Below are positions 1-9,269 of a DNA stretch of 55,093 nucleotides, one piece after another. Both the position numbers and the translations under genes were made by a program. Under the pieces are notes generated by a model that was not told the origin of the DNA, did no database searches, and saw nothing but the letters and a program-made list of their open reading frames with translations. Positions within the stretch are counted from its first letter, which is position 1; each line of letters begins with the position of its first letter. Source of the stretch: a virus (taxonomy: Duplodnaviria; Caudoviricetes); the IMG/VR virus record IMGVR_UViG_3300045993_000169, positions 1 to 55,093 of that record. One strand, written 5' to 3'.

Positions 1-61
1 ATGCACAAGGGGGGTCTCTTTTGCGAGGCCCCCCCGCCGGTCCCAAAAATTTTATAAAAAA

Positions 62-319
62 TTAGGAAACGACTTGAGCAACCTCTTTTGCTTCAACACG
101 AAGATAAATTCCTAAAACATTTTCTTCAACAATTTCTTCAATTGCTTGCTCAATAGCAAGTGTCTGATCGGCTTCAGATAGTTCATCTGATGTCTTGACA
201 ATCCTAGCAAGGAAGGACAAGGTGTAGTACCCTTGTGCCTCATCGTATGCTCTCCACTCATTGAACTGCATGAAAGGATTGTAAGGATTGTCTTCTGTTG
301 TTAACATGTGTATAGTCAT
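62..319 (-). CDS. hypothetical phage protein (acidic)
   Basis: ORF 62..337; GAAGGAGG RBS favours the MTIHML start at 319; follows the RNAP gene. Confidence 0.7.
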   Translation of the reverse strand: MTIHMLTTEDNPYNPFMQFNEWRAYDEAQGYYTLSFLARIVKTSDELSEADQTLAIEQAIEEIVEENVLGIYLRVEAKEVAQVVS

Positions 320-323
320 GTCC

Positions 324-3056
324 TTACCCTCCTTCACTTAGTGATGTCTTCAATGTAGTAACAGACACACCCAAAGCAGAAGCAATCTCTGCCTGTGTTG
401 CACCATTCTTTGCCATTGCCCTAGCCCTTGACTGATTAGCTGTAGTCATTAGAACCTTAGCCCTTGGTGTAGCCAACTGCTTGATCTGATCTAGATCAGC
501 ATTGTCAAGGATCTTATCCAACCTATCACGACTAATAGCACCAGCCTGTATAGCAGCCCATTCACTATCTGTTAGTACTATCTTAGGCTTCTTAGCGCCT
601 GTCCTAGTACGGGCAGTCTCAAGGGCCATGTACTTCATCTTCTTCTTCTCAGAGTTCTCCATGTCCTTGTTAGAGTCTATCAAGGCTTGGATCTTGGCCC
701 CTGCTATGACCTGGGCCTGTCTTTCAAGGGGGCTGTTTCTTTGGGCGAGGATCAGTTTGGCATTGAGGGAGGCTACTTCAGTAGCATAGGCGGTCTTAGC
801 AGACTTGTTTACTTTGGTAGGGGGGGTATTAATCATCTCTAACCTAGCCATGTTGGCAAGGCCCTTCATCTTGTTAGAGTGATCAGCATAGACCCTCTCT
901 ATAGGGGTGCCTTCATGATTAGGCCCTGACAATAGGGTACGTGCATCAGTAGTCTCAACTAATGCCTTTGATTTCTGGGTGGGGTACTTAACCTTCTCTG
1001 TTACCACACCTGTTCTCTTGTTAGTGGTAGTCCTAACATAAGACTCGCCTGTTGGCACAAAGATTAAAGCACCAGTCTTGCGATCTATAGGACCGCCATC
1101 TTTTGCTGATTGGAGCTTGTATTTAGGAACATCTACCCTATGCCTAGCCCTAGAGATCAGGGTTGCAGCACCTGCATTAGCCTTGCCCTGATACTTAGTT
1201 TTGAGTTGAGCAATCCCATTGTCTACAGCAGACTGTTTGTAGTTGAGGTTATGCTTCTCAGCATCGATGACCACCATTGAATGCCGAACTGCTCGAGCAA
1301 GCTCGGTTGGCGTTGCGCCCATGATAGTCATGTCTGTAATGAGGTTAGAAACAACACCCATTTGAACGCCCTTTGTATGGACGCTCATAGGCACCATGCC
1401 TTCATAAGCAGGATACTTGTCTTTAGGGTTGAAGTTCTTCAGTCCTGCCAATGCTGGTGCAGTCTTGACACTACGACTGTTGTTTGGGATGACAAGAACT
1501 GTGTCACCATCGAAGTCTGCCCCAGAAAGGCGCTCTGCTACCTTCGAGTTGATACCAATCGCATCTGATGCAGCACCTAGAAGCTTCTTTGCATCAGGCT
1601 GCCTGTTATTGACAATCAGTTCTGGGATCTCGAAGATACCACCATGAGGAAAGCGAATTAGAGCAACTCGTTCTCCATCATTGAACTTGGGGGCATAAAC
1701 TTCGTTATCCTTCATCTTGTTTACAGGGAGAATAACATGTGTTCCCTGTCTTGGCATGGCTGCTGCTTTAAGATGTACAGCCGATGAGTCTGCTGAGTCT
1801 GCATAAGACTTAAGCAACTTGACACGAACAGCAGCATTCGTCAAGGATGATATTTCATCAAGATCAAGCGTCTTTTTCTCGAAAGTTTTGGCTAGCTGTG
1901 CCTTAGCAAACTCGGTGTTCTGTTTAGAGAGCATCTGAGAGGACAAGCTTTTTGACCATTTCTCCCATTGACCTTCATCATTGACAATGTTCATCGCAGA
2001 GCGAACGGTGTGGGGGATTTCTGCACCGTTTTCATCAAGCTTCTTAAGCTGACGAACAACAGCGCCAAATGGATTTGCCTCGTCCATCTTTCCTGTTTTT
2101 TTGTCGATCTTGATTGGCTTCATGGCATCATGCTTATCGCCAGTATCACTCTTGTTCGTGTTGAACATGAGATCTACACCTTTAGGCAGGTCATCTTTGA
2201 ACATGGCCATACCTTTAAGGTAGTGCGTACCGTCAACAGCGATACGAACCTGAGCATAGTTCTTTCCGCCTAAAGAAAGATCGTCTACATTACGACGAAC
2301 ATAGACAACACCATCAGCATCAGAGCCACCTTGTTCTGCATATCGGATCTTAACCCGACTTGATGAAACTGATATTGGAGGCTCAATTCCTGACCAAGAA
2401 AGGCCGTTGTCCTCAGTGAACTCCATAAGCGGCTTGATCTTGCCGATGTCTTTCGCAATGTCGGCATACGTAGTTCCCGGAACAGCAAGACAAGTAATCG
2501 TCGTCTTGTTTGTGGTCCCAAGCTGATCTACCTGAACCTTTGTGCGGTAGTATCCCTTTTCCTGTAGGACAGCAACGGCTTTGTCCAACTTATCTCGACT
2601 AACACCAAGAATATGGTGTTCAACGCCAGCACCAATATCGACTACACCTAAAGCATCAACTTTGTCTTTCAACATGTTCGCTGTGGACATGAGTTGATCA
2701 GCCTTGAGCTTTGTAGAAGGATCACGAAGAGCACGAACCGAAGATTCGTTAATACCCATCTGTATACCAATGGCCATGTTGCTCATACCACTGTCATGCA
2801 GTTTGTTAGCCATAGAGATATCCGCTTGCTTCTGAGCATTCTTGTAAATCGACTTCTTTGCCTGAAGCTCAGCCCTTGACATATCCATGCCTTTAGCAAT
2901 CTGAGTATCTGTTAGCCCTTGCTTGTGCATTCCCTCAACGTAGTCAAGAAAGCTCTTGTTGCGCTGAGTCTCTGTATCACCACTACCCCAAGGATAACGA
3001 CCAGACTTGTGGAGAGTGCCGATGTGGGAAAGGTAGTTCTCTTCAGAAATTATCAC
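324..3056 (-). CDS. putative single-chain two-barrel (DPBB) DNA-dependent RNA polymerase, YonO/cellular-RdRP-like, with HTH domains
   Basis: GADFDGD (ADFDGD at nt 1503-1520) preceded by LIRFPH; DG..QVR..LKG motif; HSMVVIDAEKH resembles RdRP HS.AVDFPK; HTH-like segments at both termini. Confidence 0.8.
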   Translation of the reverse strand: MIISEENYLSHIGTLHKSGRYPWGSGDTETQRNKSFLDYVEGMHKQGLTDTQIAKGMDMSRAELQAKKSIYKNAQKQADISMANKLHDSGMSNMAIGIQMGINESSVRALRDPSTKLKADQLMSTANMLKDKVDALGVVDIGAGVEHHILGVSRDKLDKAVAVLQEKGYYRTKVQVDQLGTTNKTTITCLAVPGTTYADIAKDIGKIKPLMEFTEDNGLSWSGIEPPISVSSSRVKIRYAEQGGSDADGVVYVRRNVDDLSLGGKNYAQVRIAVDGTHYLKGMAMFKDDLPKGVDLMFNTNKSDTGDKHDAMKPIKIDKKTGKMDEANPFGAVVRQLKKLDENGAEIPHTVRSAMNIVNDEGQWEKWSKSLSSQMLSKQNTEFAKAQLAKTFEKKTLDLDEISSLTNAAVRVKLLKSYADSADSSAVHLKAAAMPRQGTHVILPVNKMKDNEVYAPKFNDGERVALIRFPHGGIFEIPELIVNNRQPDAKKLLGAASDAIGINSKVAERLSGADFDGDTVLVIPNNSRSVKTAPALAGLKNFNPKDKYPAYEGMVPMSVHTKGVQMGVVSNLITDMTIMGATPTELARAVRHSMVVIDAEKHNLNYKQSAVDNGIAQLKTKYQGKANAGAATLISRARHRVDVPKYKLQSAKDGGPIDRKTGALIFVPTGESYVRTTTNKRTGVVTEKVKYPTQKSKALVETTDARTLLSGPNHEGTPIERVYADHSNKMKGLANMARLEMINTPPTKVNKSAKTAYATEVASLNAKLILAQRNSPLERQAQVIAGAKIQALIDSNKDMENSEKKKMKYMALETARTRTGAKKPKIVLTDSEWAAIQAGAISRDRLDKILDNADLDQIKQLATPRAKVLMTTANQSRARAMAKNGATQAEIASALGVSVTTLKTSLSEGG

Positions 3057-3616
3057 TGATTCAGCATCTCCATTCTAATTGCTTGAATGCGCTTGTCGAA
3101 GGTGATGATTCTATCCATGATATGAACAATGACATCAGGGTCGCCTTCATAGATCTTGATTTCATCATTCTGGTAGATCCGAAGTTCCATCTCGATCTCG
3201 AAAGGCTTAACTCGATACTCAAGACAGAATAGTGCCGCATAGACCTCTAACTGGTGTTCCGACGTTTTGGTGACACCAGTCTTTAAGTCATGAATCCGAA
3301 GTTTGCTACGATGGAAGGATATGGAGTCAGCAGTTCCAAAGCAGTTGTCTGAGTAGTACAGAACCTGCTCTGAAGCCATTCGATACCCAATCGCATCGTT
3401 GACATAGAGATGAAGAGTCTTCGGTGTCTTCGGAAGTTTGATCCCTAAGCGAATAGCCTCATGAGCAAACTCATGCAACTCAGTTCCCTTGCGAGCAGCA
3501 AGAGCCGCAATATAGACCCGATCGATCTTCTCGTCTTCGTAGTTTATCCAGTGGTGTTTAGATGCGCTTAGAAAGGCGTGCTGCCCGAGGAGATTTGAAT
3601 GCTCTTTGAAGATCAT
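3053..3616 (-). CDS. PD-(D/E)xK exonuclease, Cas4/RecB-like
   Basis: GTELH, GTAD, HDLKTG and QLxxY motifs. Confidence 0.75.
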   Translation of the reverse strand: MIFKEHSNLLGQHAFLSASKHHWINYEDEKIDRVYIAALAARKGTELHEFAHEAIRLGIKLPKTPKTLHLYVNDAIGYRMASEQVLYYSDNCFGTADSISFHRSKLRIHDLKTGVTKTSEHQLEVYAALFCLEYRVKPFEIEMELRIYQNDEIKIYEGDPDVIVHIMDRIITFDKRIQAIRMEMLNQ

Positions 3617-3878
3617 CTAACACCTCCTCTTCATTCGCAGGATAAATGAAGGCAGCGTAGGACATCTTGTCTAGCTCATAGATGTACCACTCTTGGTTTG
3701 GGCGAACCGGAGAATCTTCTTCCGCTTTCACTTCCAGCATTGCCCAACGGTCTTTCCACAATATGGTGAGATCAGGTACGCCTTGCATGTACTCCGAATC
3801 ATTCTTGAGGATGACGCAACCTTTGAACCTACGGCGAAGCTCTTTTATTAGCTGTGCTTGGTAGTCTCGTTCAAGCAT
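3558..3878 (-). CDS. VRR-NUC domain nuclease / Holliday junction resolvase-like
   Basis: ExxxQ, GVPDL and LEVK motifs. Confidence 0.8.
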   Translation of the reverse strand: MLERDYQAQLIKELRRRFKGCVILKNDSEYMQGVPDLTILWKDRWAMLEVKAEEDSPVRPNQEWYIYELDKMSYAAFIYPANEEEVLDDLQRAFKSPRAARLSKRI

Positions 3879-3935
3879 GAGAGCCTCCTATCCAAAAATA
3901 GAGGAAGAGTAAGCAGGCTTGCTTTCCCTCCATCT

Positions 3936-3960
3936 ATTATAGTCCGCGAATTTCGTGCGT
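3936..3960 (-). promoter_or_regulatory. variant copy of phage promoter motif upstream of the nuclease-RNAP operon
   Basis: ACGCAC-N13-TATAAT, same spacing as the other copies. Confidence 0.55.
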
Positions 3961-3968
3961 GATAATAC

Positions 3969-4475
3969 TTATTCTTCAACAACCCGGAACTCCTGTCCTG
4001 TAGGGAACACATAGGTCCTGTTGAGTGTTGCTATTGCAATCTCCCTGTCGAGCAAACCATACTTGATGGCCGCTTCCCACGAAGTCTCGAAGTGCTCATC
4101 AGTGTGAATCTCAAATATGGGGATGGTGAATCCACGTAGGTCATTGAGGAACTGCTTGTGGTACTTGATTGCAAACCAACGCGGACGCCACATCAAATTG
4201 ATTGCTCTGTTGTCACCTCTTACTCCATTGACGTTGATGGGTGTGTTGAACCTTTCGTTTGCTGGTGGCTCGAGGAAGGCATGAGCGACGATAGGAGCAA
4301 CAGAAAGCGTGACCTGTCGTTTCAGTGTTTCGTGTATCATCCCGATCTTGTATGCGCCAGACTGATTCTCTGACGGATGCATGACTCGCCCTGTGTCCTC
4401 ATTCCGAACAATCCCCATATCACTCACTGAGTAGTTGGGGAAGCCCAAATCTTCTAGGGTCACTTTACGTTCCAT
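3969..4475 (-). CDS. NUMOD4/HNH-like endonuclease, probably with degenerate HNH site
   Basis: YSVSDMGIVRN (NUMOD4-like); VAHAF..INVNGVRGDNRAINLMW lacks the usual His; GAAAGGAG RBS before 4475. Confidence 0.6.
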   Translation of the reverse strand: MERKVTLEDLGFPNYSVSDMGIVRNEDTGRVMHPSENQSGAYKIGMIHETLKRQVTLSVAPIVAHAFLEPPANERFNTPINVNGVRGDNRAINLMWRPRWFAIKYHKQFLNDLRGFTIPIFEIHTDEHFETSWEAAIKYGLLDREIAIATLNRTYVFPTGQEFRVVEE

Positions 4476-4493
4476 GGTGCTCCTTTCCATCAC

Positions 4494-4821
4494 TTTAAGT
4501 ATTTAAGTATTAACTCCATTATTTCGTCAAAAGAAAAACTTCATATACAGACCTTAATACTTATTCCCTATATGCATTATAAGTATTAAAGAAGAGATTC
4601 TGAGAAAGTATTAGGGCTGTTTTTGACAGATTTGGCAGAGGCGCTTTTTGGTATAATGCCTGCTCAGAGGCTTATAGCCCCTTTTTTGCTCTGCCAAATC
4701 TGAAATGGTTTTTTTTCGACCCCATTATACGTAGTCTAGAAACCAGTATTAATACGTAAAAAGAGAGGCTCGGGAAAGACCTCTCTTCAAAACCATTTCA
4801 GATTTGTCCTCAGATTTGTCC
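4494..4821. other. AT-rich intergenic region with nested inverted repeats, candidate replication origin
   Basis: IRs 4554-4564/4579-4589, 4627-4640/4689-4702, 4695-4712/4789-4806; CAGATTTG core 4 times. Confidence 0.5.
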
Positions 4822-5988
4822 TCAGAAGGTGACTCCGAAGCTACTTTCATTGAAGTTCTTCTTTCCCGACAAGGACTTTGTGATCGCCTGATCTATCACA
4901 GAGTCAGACTTTAATACGTAATAATACAGGTTTGTATACTGTGTATTTAGCCTGTCTATGCGTCCGTGGGCTTGATGCCAGTTCTTGTAAGAATATGGCA
5001 GACTATAGAACACCATAGCGTCAGTCTCTACACAGTTCCACCCCTCACTTCCGGCAACATACTGGACAATGTACACCCAAGAATCTGTGTCGGGAATATC
5101 CTCATGCTTGTGGCCACTCCATTCAGCTAGGGGGACTTCCCCAGCAAGAGTGAGAAGTTGGTCGCGCTCTACGTTTAGGTTGTAGAACACAATCAACTTC
5201 GGATGCTTTTCCAAGAGGCTACGGACGGCTTGGACTCTCGACCAATCAGAGTTGACTACCTTCCGCATTAGGTGGAACATCTCAGCAACATCCTTGATAG
5301 GACGCTCTTCATAGACATGCCATCTTTGTTTGAGGACTTGGTTGAACTTCTCAACATCATAGTTCACATGGACATCTTCTTCATGCCTGAGGGTTTGTCT
5401 CATGTATGGCATTTCGACGAGGATGTCGTTCCGAAGCCTGACCAACCTTCCGACATTGACGTAACGATCGACCTTAGGGAATTTTGAATAGTTGTTGAAG
5501 ATAACGTGCTCGCGCTTGAACTCTGTCCGATTCTTATAAAAGCCATTAGCGACGAATACGGGGATGTAGTCGAGCCAATTATCTCCGGGGGTTGCGCTAA
5601 GAAGAATCCAGCGATTGCGCTTTGCAATCTTGATAAAGGCTTTGGCCCAAGCTCCTGAGCCCACAAGTCTTTGTTCATCAAAGATGAAGAACGCATCAAC
5701 TACCTCCGCGTAGTTTTGGATGTTGTTCCAACTGTCGATAGTCAACACCCCAGCAACAGTTGCGTCCTTAGTCTTTCCCACCCCATATGCAGCGAACTCC
5801 CCCTGCCAGTCAAGAGAGTCACGCTTCTTAGCCGTTGTGATGACATACACATCTTTAGGCGCTTCTGCCTTCATGTAGTATGCCACAGCAGTCATCGATT
5901 TACCTGTGCCGACACCGCCCCACAATATGGAGCCGTTCCGCAACTTCTCGACAGCCACTTGCTGATGTGGATACAGCTCCAATTTCAT
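4822..5988 (-). CDS. SF2 (SNF2/DEAD-like) helicase
   Basis: GVGTGKS, FDEQR, SATP and QAHGRIDR motifs. Confidence 0.9.
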   Translation of the reverse strand: MKLELYPHQQVAVEKLRNGSILWGGVGTGKSMTAVAYYMKAEAPKDVYVITTAKKRDSLDWQGEFAAYGVGKTKDATVAGVLTIDSWNNIQNYAEVVDAFFIFDEQRLVGSGAWAKAFIKIAKRNRWILLSATPGDNWLDYIPVFVANGFYKNRTEFKREHVIFNNYSKFPKVDRYVNVGRLVRLRNDILVEMPYMRQTLRHEEDVHVNYDVEKFNQVLKQRWHVYEERPIKDVAEMFHLMRKVVNSDWSRVQAVRSLLEKHPKLIVFYNLNVERDQLLTLAGEVPLAEWSGHKHEDIPDTDSWVYIVQYVAGSEGWNCVETDAMVFYSLPYSYKNWHQAHGRIDRLNTQYTNLYYYVLKSDSVIDQAITKSLSGKKNFNESSFGVTF

Positions 5989-5990
5989 GG

Positions 5991-6332
5991 CTACTCCTTT
6001 CTATTGAGTTCCGGCCATGCAGAACTATCTATCGATATGAAGACACCTATTAGATCGGCAGACTCAATGACCATTGAATCTTCATTAATCACCAGATTGT
6101 TTAATGTGACATGCACATTTAGACTCGTCAAGTTGTACACGGTGCTAATTTCTAATGAGATCTCTCCAGTTTCCTCATCACGTCCGAACAAACCAGCCAT
6201 ACCAATCCGTTCGGTATAACCGCCGTTCCCAACAGGTATGGTGTCTTTCCTCATCGAGATAGCACCCGGAAGAATAAGACGTCCGTCTAGGGTTTGCTTA
6301 CCCTCAATAGCTACAACTCTTCGTGTCATCAC
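5991..6332 (-). CDS. hypothetical protein
   Basis: ORF with AGGAGGAG RBS, tightly packed. Confidence 0.65.
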   Translation of the reverse strand: MMTRRVVAIEGKQTLDGRLILPGAISMRKDTIPVGNGGYTERIGMAGLFGRDEETGEISLEISTVYNLTSLNVHVTLNNLVINEDSMVIESADLIGVFISIDSSAWPELNRKE

Positions 6333-6341
6333 TCCTCCTTT

Positions 6342-6656
6342 CTAAATTCGGATTTCTCCTTGTGGACCTTCATTACGCCAATCTTCAAATGGGATGAAAC
6401 GACGTCCAGCTTTTCGTTCTTCATCTCGATAGTCTCGCCATGTGTTCATATCGACATCATATTGATTGATTGGAACCGAAGACTTTGGAGTATGGACCCA
6501 GACGTTCTCGTCGATGTCGTACTCGTAGTTCTTGCCGACTCTCTTATCGAGAGTCGTGACGTCGGTTCCACAACTGACACACGCGACGATCAGTTCGATA
6601 TTGTCTGTGATTCCAGCAGTGATAATGTTGTGTCGGCAGGTTTCAGGATTTGTCAC
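6342..6656 (-). CDS. hypothetical protein, CxH/CxxC zinc-ribbon-like
   Basis: CRH..CVSC; overlaps upstream stop. Confidence 0.6.
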   Translation of the reverse strand: MTNPETCRHNIITAGITDNIELIVACVSCGTDVTTLDKRVGKNYEYDIDENVWVHTPKSSVPINQYDVDMNTWRDYRDEERKAGRRFIPFEDWRNEGPQGEIRI

Positions 6657-6967
6657 AGGTTCACCTCATGCTCTGGTTCTGGATCGGGTCCGAACCATTC
6701 GTATGGCTCTTTGGTGTTGTATCTGTTCCGACGAAGAATGGAGTTCGCAGCATCGAGTTCTTGCTCATACACCTCGACGTTCTGGACATCCTTCTGGAAC
6801 AGTTTGAGTGGATCTGGTCGATGAGGCCTATCCATTGCACCCTTACGAAGCTTAGGCTTTTGTTTCTTGATCAAGACCTCTACGACCCGTTCCCATTGCC
6901 AGTCATCAACCTTCTCGCCGAGTAGGCCTTCTAGATCCTCACGAGTCATTTGTATTTTGTGGTCCAC
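6653..6967 (-). CDS. hypothetical protein
   Basis: ORF in coupled minus-strand string. Confidence 0.6.
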   Translation of the reverse strand: MDHKIQMTREDLEGLLGEKVDDWQWERVVEVLIKKQKPKLRKGAMDRPHRPDPLKLFQKDVQNVEVYEQELDAANSILRRNRYNTKEPYEWFGPDPEPEHEVNL

Positions 6968-7226
6968 GTTTTTTCATCCCCTTCTCTTTGTCTATGAGTT
7001 CCTTACGTCGAGCAGAGTGCTTCCACTCAAAGCTTCGACCCATACGATCGTTGATCAGATCTAGTTCTTTGACGTCCCATGGGTCAATCTCGAGACAAGG
7101 AAAGCGAGAAGTCTTGTTGACACGATGCTTACTCGGTGCACCGTGGTTGTCACAAGTCCATGTTCGCCCCACAAGAGAATATGAGCAGTTGATTGTTGCT
7201 CCAAGCTTTACCGCCATAACGGCCAC
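6939..7226 (-). CDS. hypothetical protein
   Basis: ORF in coupled string; Cys/His residues. Confidence 0.55.
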   Translation of the reverse strand: MAVMAVKLGATINCSYSLVGRTWTCDNHGAPSKHRVNKTSRFPCLEIDPWDVKELDLINDRMGRSFEWKHSARRKELIDKEKGMKKRGPQNTNDS

Positions 7227-7435
7227 CTGTGCTCTCGTCTTTGTTTAAGCAATGTGTCGAAGTGTATCATTGACCGTTCACGCTGATCTTTAGCTGCGAA
7301 CTGCTCAACAATTTGGTTGTATCTGACTTCGATTTCCAGTCTCAGTTTTTCAACGTCACTGACGACTTTCTTTTTAGCTGCGCGTCGCTTGATGTAATCG
7401 GATCTCTGTTTACTGCTCATCACTCCGCCCCTCAA
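7208..7435 (-). CDS. hypothetical protein
   Basis: ORF in coupled string; start may be 7420. Confidence 0.55.
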   Translation of the reverse strand: MRGGVMSSKQRSDYIKRRAAKKKVVSDVEKLRLEIEVRYNQIVEQFAAKDQRERSMIHFDTLLKQRREHRWPLWR

Positions 7436-7625
7436 TCAAACGCTTGATGTTTGCAAGAGCCTCTTCAAACGTATCCTCATACCCATAGATCTTCCAGTCA
7501 TATGGGTCGTCTGGATTCTCGCGCGTCTGTATAGCCCATCTGCCACCCGGAGTCTGTCGAAGACCGTACTTCCCATCCAGAGTCTTGTACAAACCGAGTT
7601 CATTCATCTTGAGTCCGATACGCAT
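7410..7625 (-). CDS. hypothetical protein
   Basis: AAGGGGAG RBS. Confidence 0.65.
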   Translation of the reverse strand: MRIGLKMNELGLYKTLDGKYGLRQTPGGRWAIQTRENPDDPYDWKIYGYEDTFEEALANIKRLIEGRSDEQ

Positions 7626-7634
7626 GATCTCCCC

Positions 7635-7838
7635 TTAAATTGGTAGTTCGTCTCCGAGTCGACATATCTCTGCAGTCAAAGCATCGAGAATCGGTTGGTC
7701 AACGATCTCTTGCTTTTGGTAACCATGCCTAACACCGATCAAATATGCCCGACGGTTTGTTGGGGTATCACTGATCCCCACCGAAAGCATGACCGGTATA
7801 ACGTGTTCGTAGATCTTCTGGATCACATCTTTTTCCAT
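7635..7838 (-). CDS. hypothetical protein
   Basis: GGGGGAG RBS. Confidence 0.65.
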   Translation of the reverse strand: MEKDVIQKIYEHVIPVMLSVGISDTPTNRRAYLIGVRHGYQKQEIVDQPILDALTAEICRLGDELPI

Positions 7839-7846
7839 TACTCCCC

Positions 7847-8029
7847 CTACTGACTTAGACGCTTCTGGATGGCTTCGATGGACATCTTGATGTCGGCAAC
7901 ACGCTTGGCTGCAGATTCAGCCTTAGGCTCTTCGATAGCCAATTCGATACGAAGCTTCTTGAGTGTATGCGCATCGATCGCTGAACGAAGCGAGGACGTT
8001 AGGTCTTTGGTTGTGGACGAAATGCTCAT
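7847..8029 (-). CDS. hypothetical protein
   Basis: GGAGG RBS. Confidence 0.65.
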   Translation of the reverse strand: MSISSTTKDLTSSLRSAIDAHTLKKLRIELAIEEPKAESAAKRVADIKMSIEAIQKRLSQ

Positions 8030-8053
8030 AATTCCTCCAGTGTTAAAAATGGC

Positions 8054-8087
8054 AAAACCTAAAGCCCTTGTGTTAAGGGCCGTAGGT
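8054..8087 (-). terminator. cassette-type intrinsic terminator
   Basis: ACCUA-CG-GCCCUU/AAGGGC-UU-UAGGU followed by UUU. Confidence 0.7.
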
Positions 8088-8094
8088 CTGAAGA

Positions 8095-8358
8095 CTACTT
8101 CTTGTAGTAGTGTTGAGCAATGTCGTAGAATGCAAATTGCATCTTGCGGTATTCGTTGCGTTCTTTTCCACTGATTGAACTGTCATTCACCTTTGCGTTC
8201 ACTCGAGCAGCGTCAGCTTTCCATGCCTCTACGGTTCCGTATTTTGCGGAAGCCATATGGCCGTTGAGCATAAGGTGGTCGGTGATCTTCTTGGAGAATG
8301 CGATCGCAGTGAAACTAGCGGCAATAAGTGCGTAAGCAACAATCTTGTCTGGTTTCAT
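8095..8358 (-). CDS. cassette gene, small membrane protein
   Basis: GAAAGG RBS, N-terminal hydrophobic helix; flanked by promoter and terminator. Confidence 0.7.
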   Translation of the reverse strand: MKPDKIVAYALIAASFTAIAFSKKITDHLMLNGHMASAKYGTVEAWKADAARVNAKVNDSSISGKERNEYRKMQFAFYDIAQHYYKK

Positions 8359-8383
8359 GCCAATACCTTTCGTAGGGGTCTTC

Positions 8384-8408
8384 ATTATAGGCAAGGTTTT
8401 TCCTACGA
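8384..8408 (-). promoter_or_regulatory. phage promoter motif
   Basis: TCGTAG-N13-TATAATGA. Confidence 0.75.
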
Positions 8409-8415
8409 GTTTGAC

Positions 8416-8447
8416 AAAACTAAAGGGTCGGTTAAGACCCCCCAGTT
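8416..8447 (-). terminator. cassette-type terminator
   Basis: GGGUC/GACCC hairpin followed by UUUAGUUUU. Confidence 0.6.
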
Positions 8448-8464
8448 CCTACGCCAGAAGCGTA

Positions 8465-8674
8465 TTACTCCTCGGCTTTGTCGGTGTTTACCTTGATGAT
8501 CTGATCCTTGTCGAGCGTGAGGATCATTTCGCTACTGAACCTCGTCCGGACGGGAGACCAGAGCGAGATTGTCGCTTCATCGAAGTGAGTGACCACTTGG
8601 GTAATACGAAACCATGCGCCACCGATCTTGAGGTAGTCGCCAGCAACAACATTTTTTGCACACTTGTGAGTCAT
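8465..8674 (-). CDS. hypothetical protein
   Basis: AAAGGA RBS. Confidence 0.65.
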   Translation of the reverse strand: MTHKCAKNVVAGDYLKIGGAWFRITQVVTHFDEATISLWSPVRTRFSSEMILTLDKDQIIKVNTDKAEE

Positions 8675-8711
8675 GTGGTTCCTTTACAATTAGTTGGGTT
8701 GACAAAAAGGC

Positions 8712-8747
8712 AAGACCTAAAGCCCCGGTTAGGGGGTCCTAGATCTT
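8712..8747 (-). terminator. cassette-type terminator
   Basis: + strand AAGACCTAAAGCCCC..GGGG..TAGATCTT hairpin. Confidence 0.65.
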
Positions 8748-8754
8748 GTTGAGA

Positions 8755-9042
8755 CTACTTCCTCACAATTTCTTGTGCGGCATCGGCGGCGACGGTCAGG
8801 TAAGTTCCATCGCTCAAGGCGTAGATGAAGTTCCCGGCTTTGGTCTGGTCATTGATCCATCCGACGATCTCGTCAGCGTGCTCGTTCCATGCTGCTACGT
8901 CGACGTTATACTGTTTGTTGGTATAGACGACGACGGCAACGAAGGCGGCAACGCTTCCGGCGATGATGGAGGCGGCAATGATGTCCTCAGAGTGGTTACT
9001 CATCCAGCTCTTGAGCTTCTGGCTCTTGGTTGGGGTGGTCAT
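8755..9042 (-). CDS. cassette gene, single-TM membrane protein
   Basis: hydrophobic IIAASIIAGSVAAFVAVVVY; GAAAGG RBS. Confidence 0.7.
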   Translation of the reverse strand: MTTPTKSQKLKSWMSNHSEDIIAASIIAGSVAAFVAVVVYTNKQYNVDVAAWNEHADEIVGWINDQTKAGNFIYALSDGTYLTVAADAAQEIVRK

Positions 9043-9079
9043 TTCGATTTCCTTTCAATTGGTCTGTGTGAAGGGTCTC

Positions 9080-9104
9080 ATTATAGGGGAGGATTTTCCT
9101 GCGA
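9080..9104 (-). promoter_or_regulatory. phage promoter motif
   Basis: TCGCAG-N13-TATAATGAGA. Confidence 0.8.
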
Positions 9105-9269
9105 CTCCAGATATGCGAGCGTCTTGAGCTCTTCGATCCTACATAGAGCACAGACGTCGATTCTTTCCCCATCAACAGTTGCACAGTCTTTGATATCAAG
9201 GATCTTGAAGCAGAGACAACACATGAACTTCTTCGGGTTGTAGTCAGCCCATTGTGTAGGATATGGCAC
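9081..9269 (-). CDS. small zinc-finger protein
   Basis: CCLC..CALC; its stop codon lies within the promoter TATAAT. Confidence 0.6.
   Translation of the reverse strand: MPYPTQWADYNPKKFMCCLCFKILDIKDCATVDGERIDVCALCRIEELKTLAYLESQENPPL

Noticed and set aside
3053-3616. CRISPR adaptation Cas4
   Set aside because: No Fe-S cysteine cluster, no cas1/cas2 and no array; a typical stand-alone phage exonuclease
4623-4657. Consensus TTGACA..TATAAT sigma70 promoter on the + strand
   Set aside because: The spacer is 23 nt; only an extended -10 remains possible
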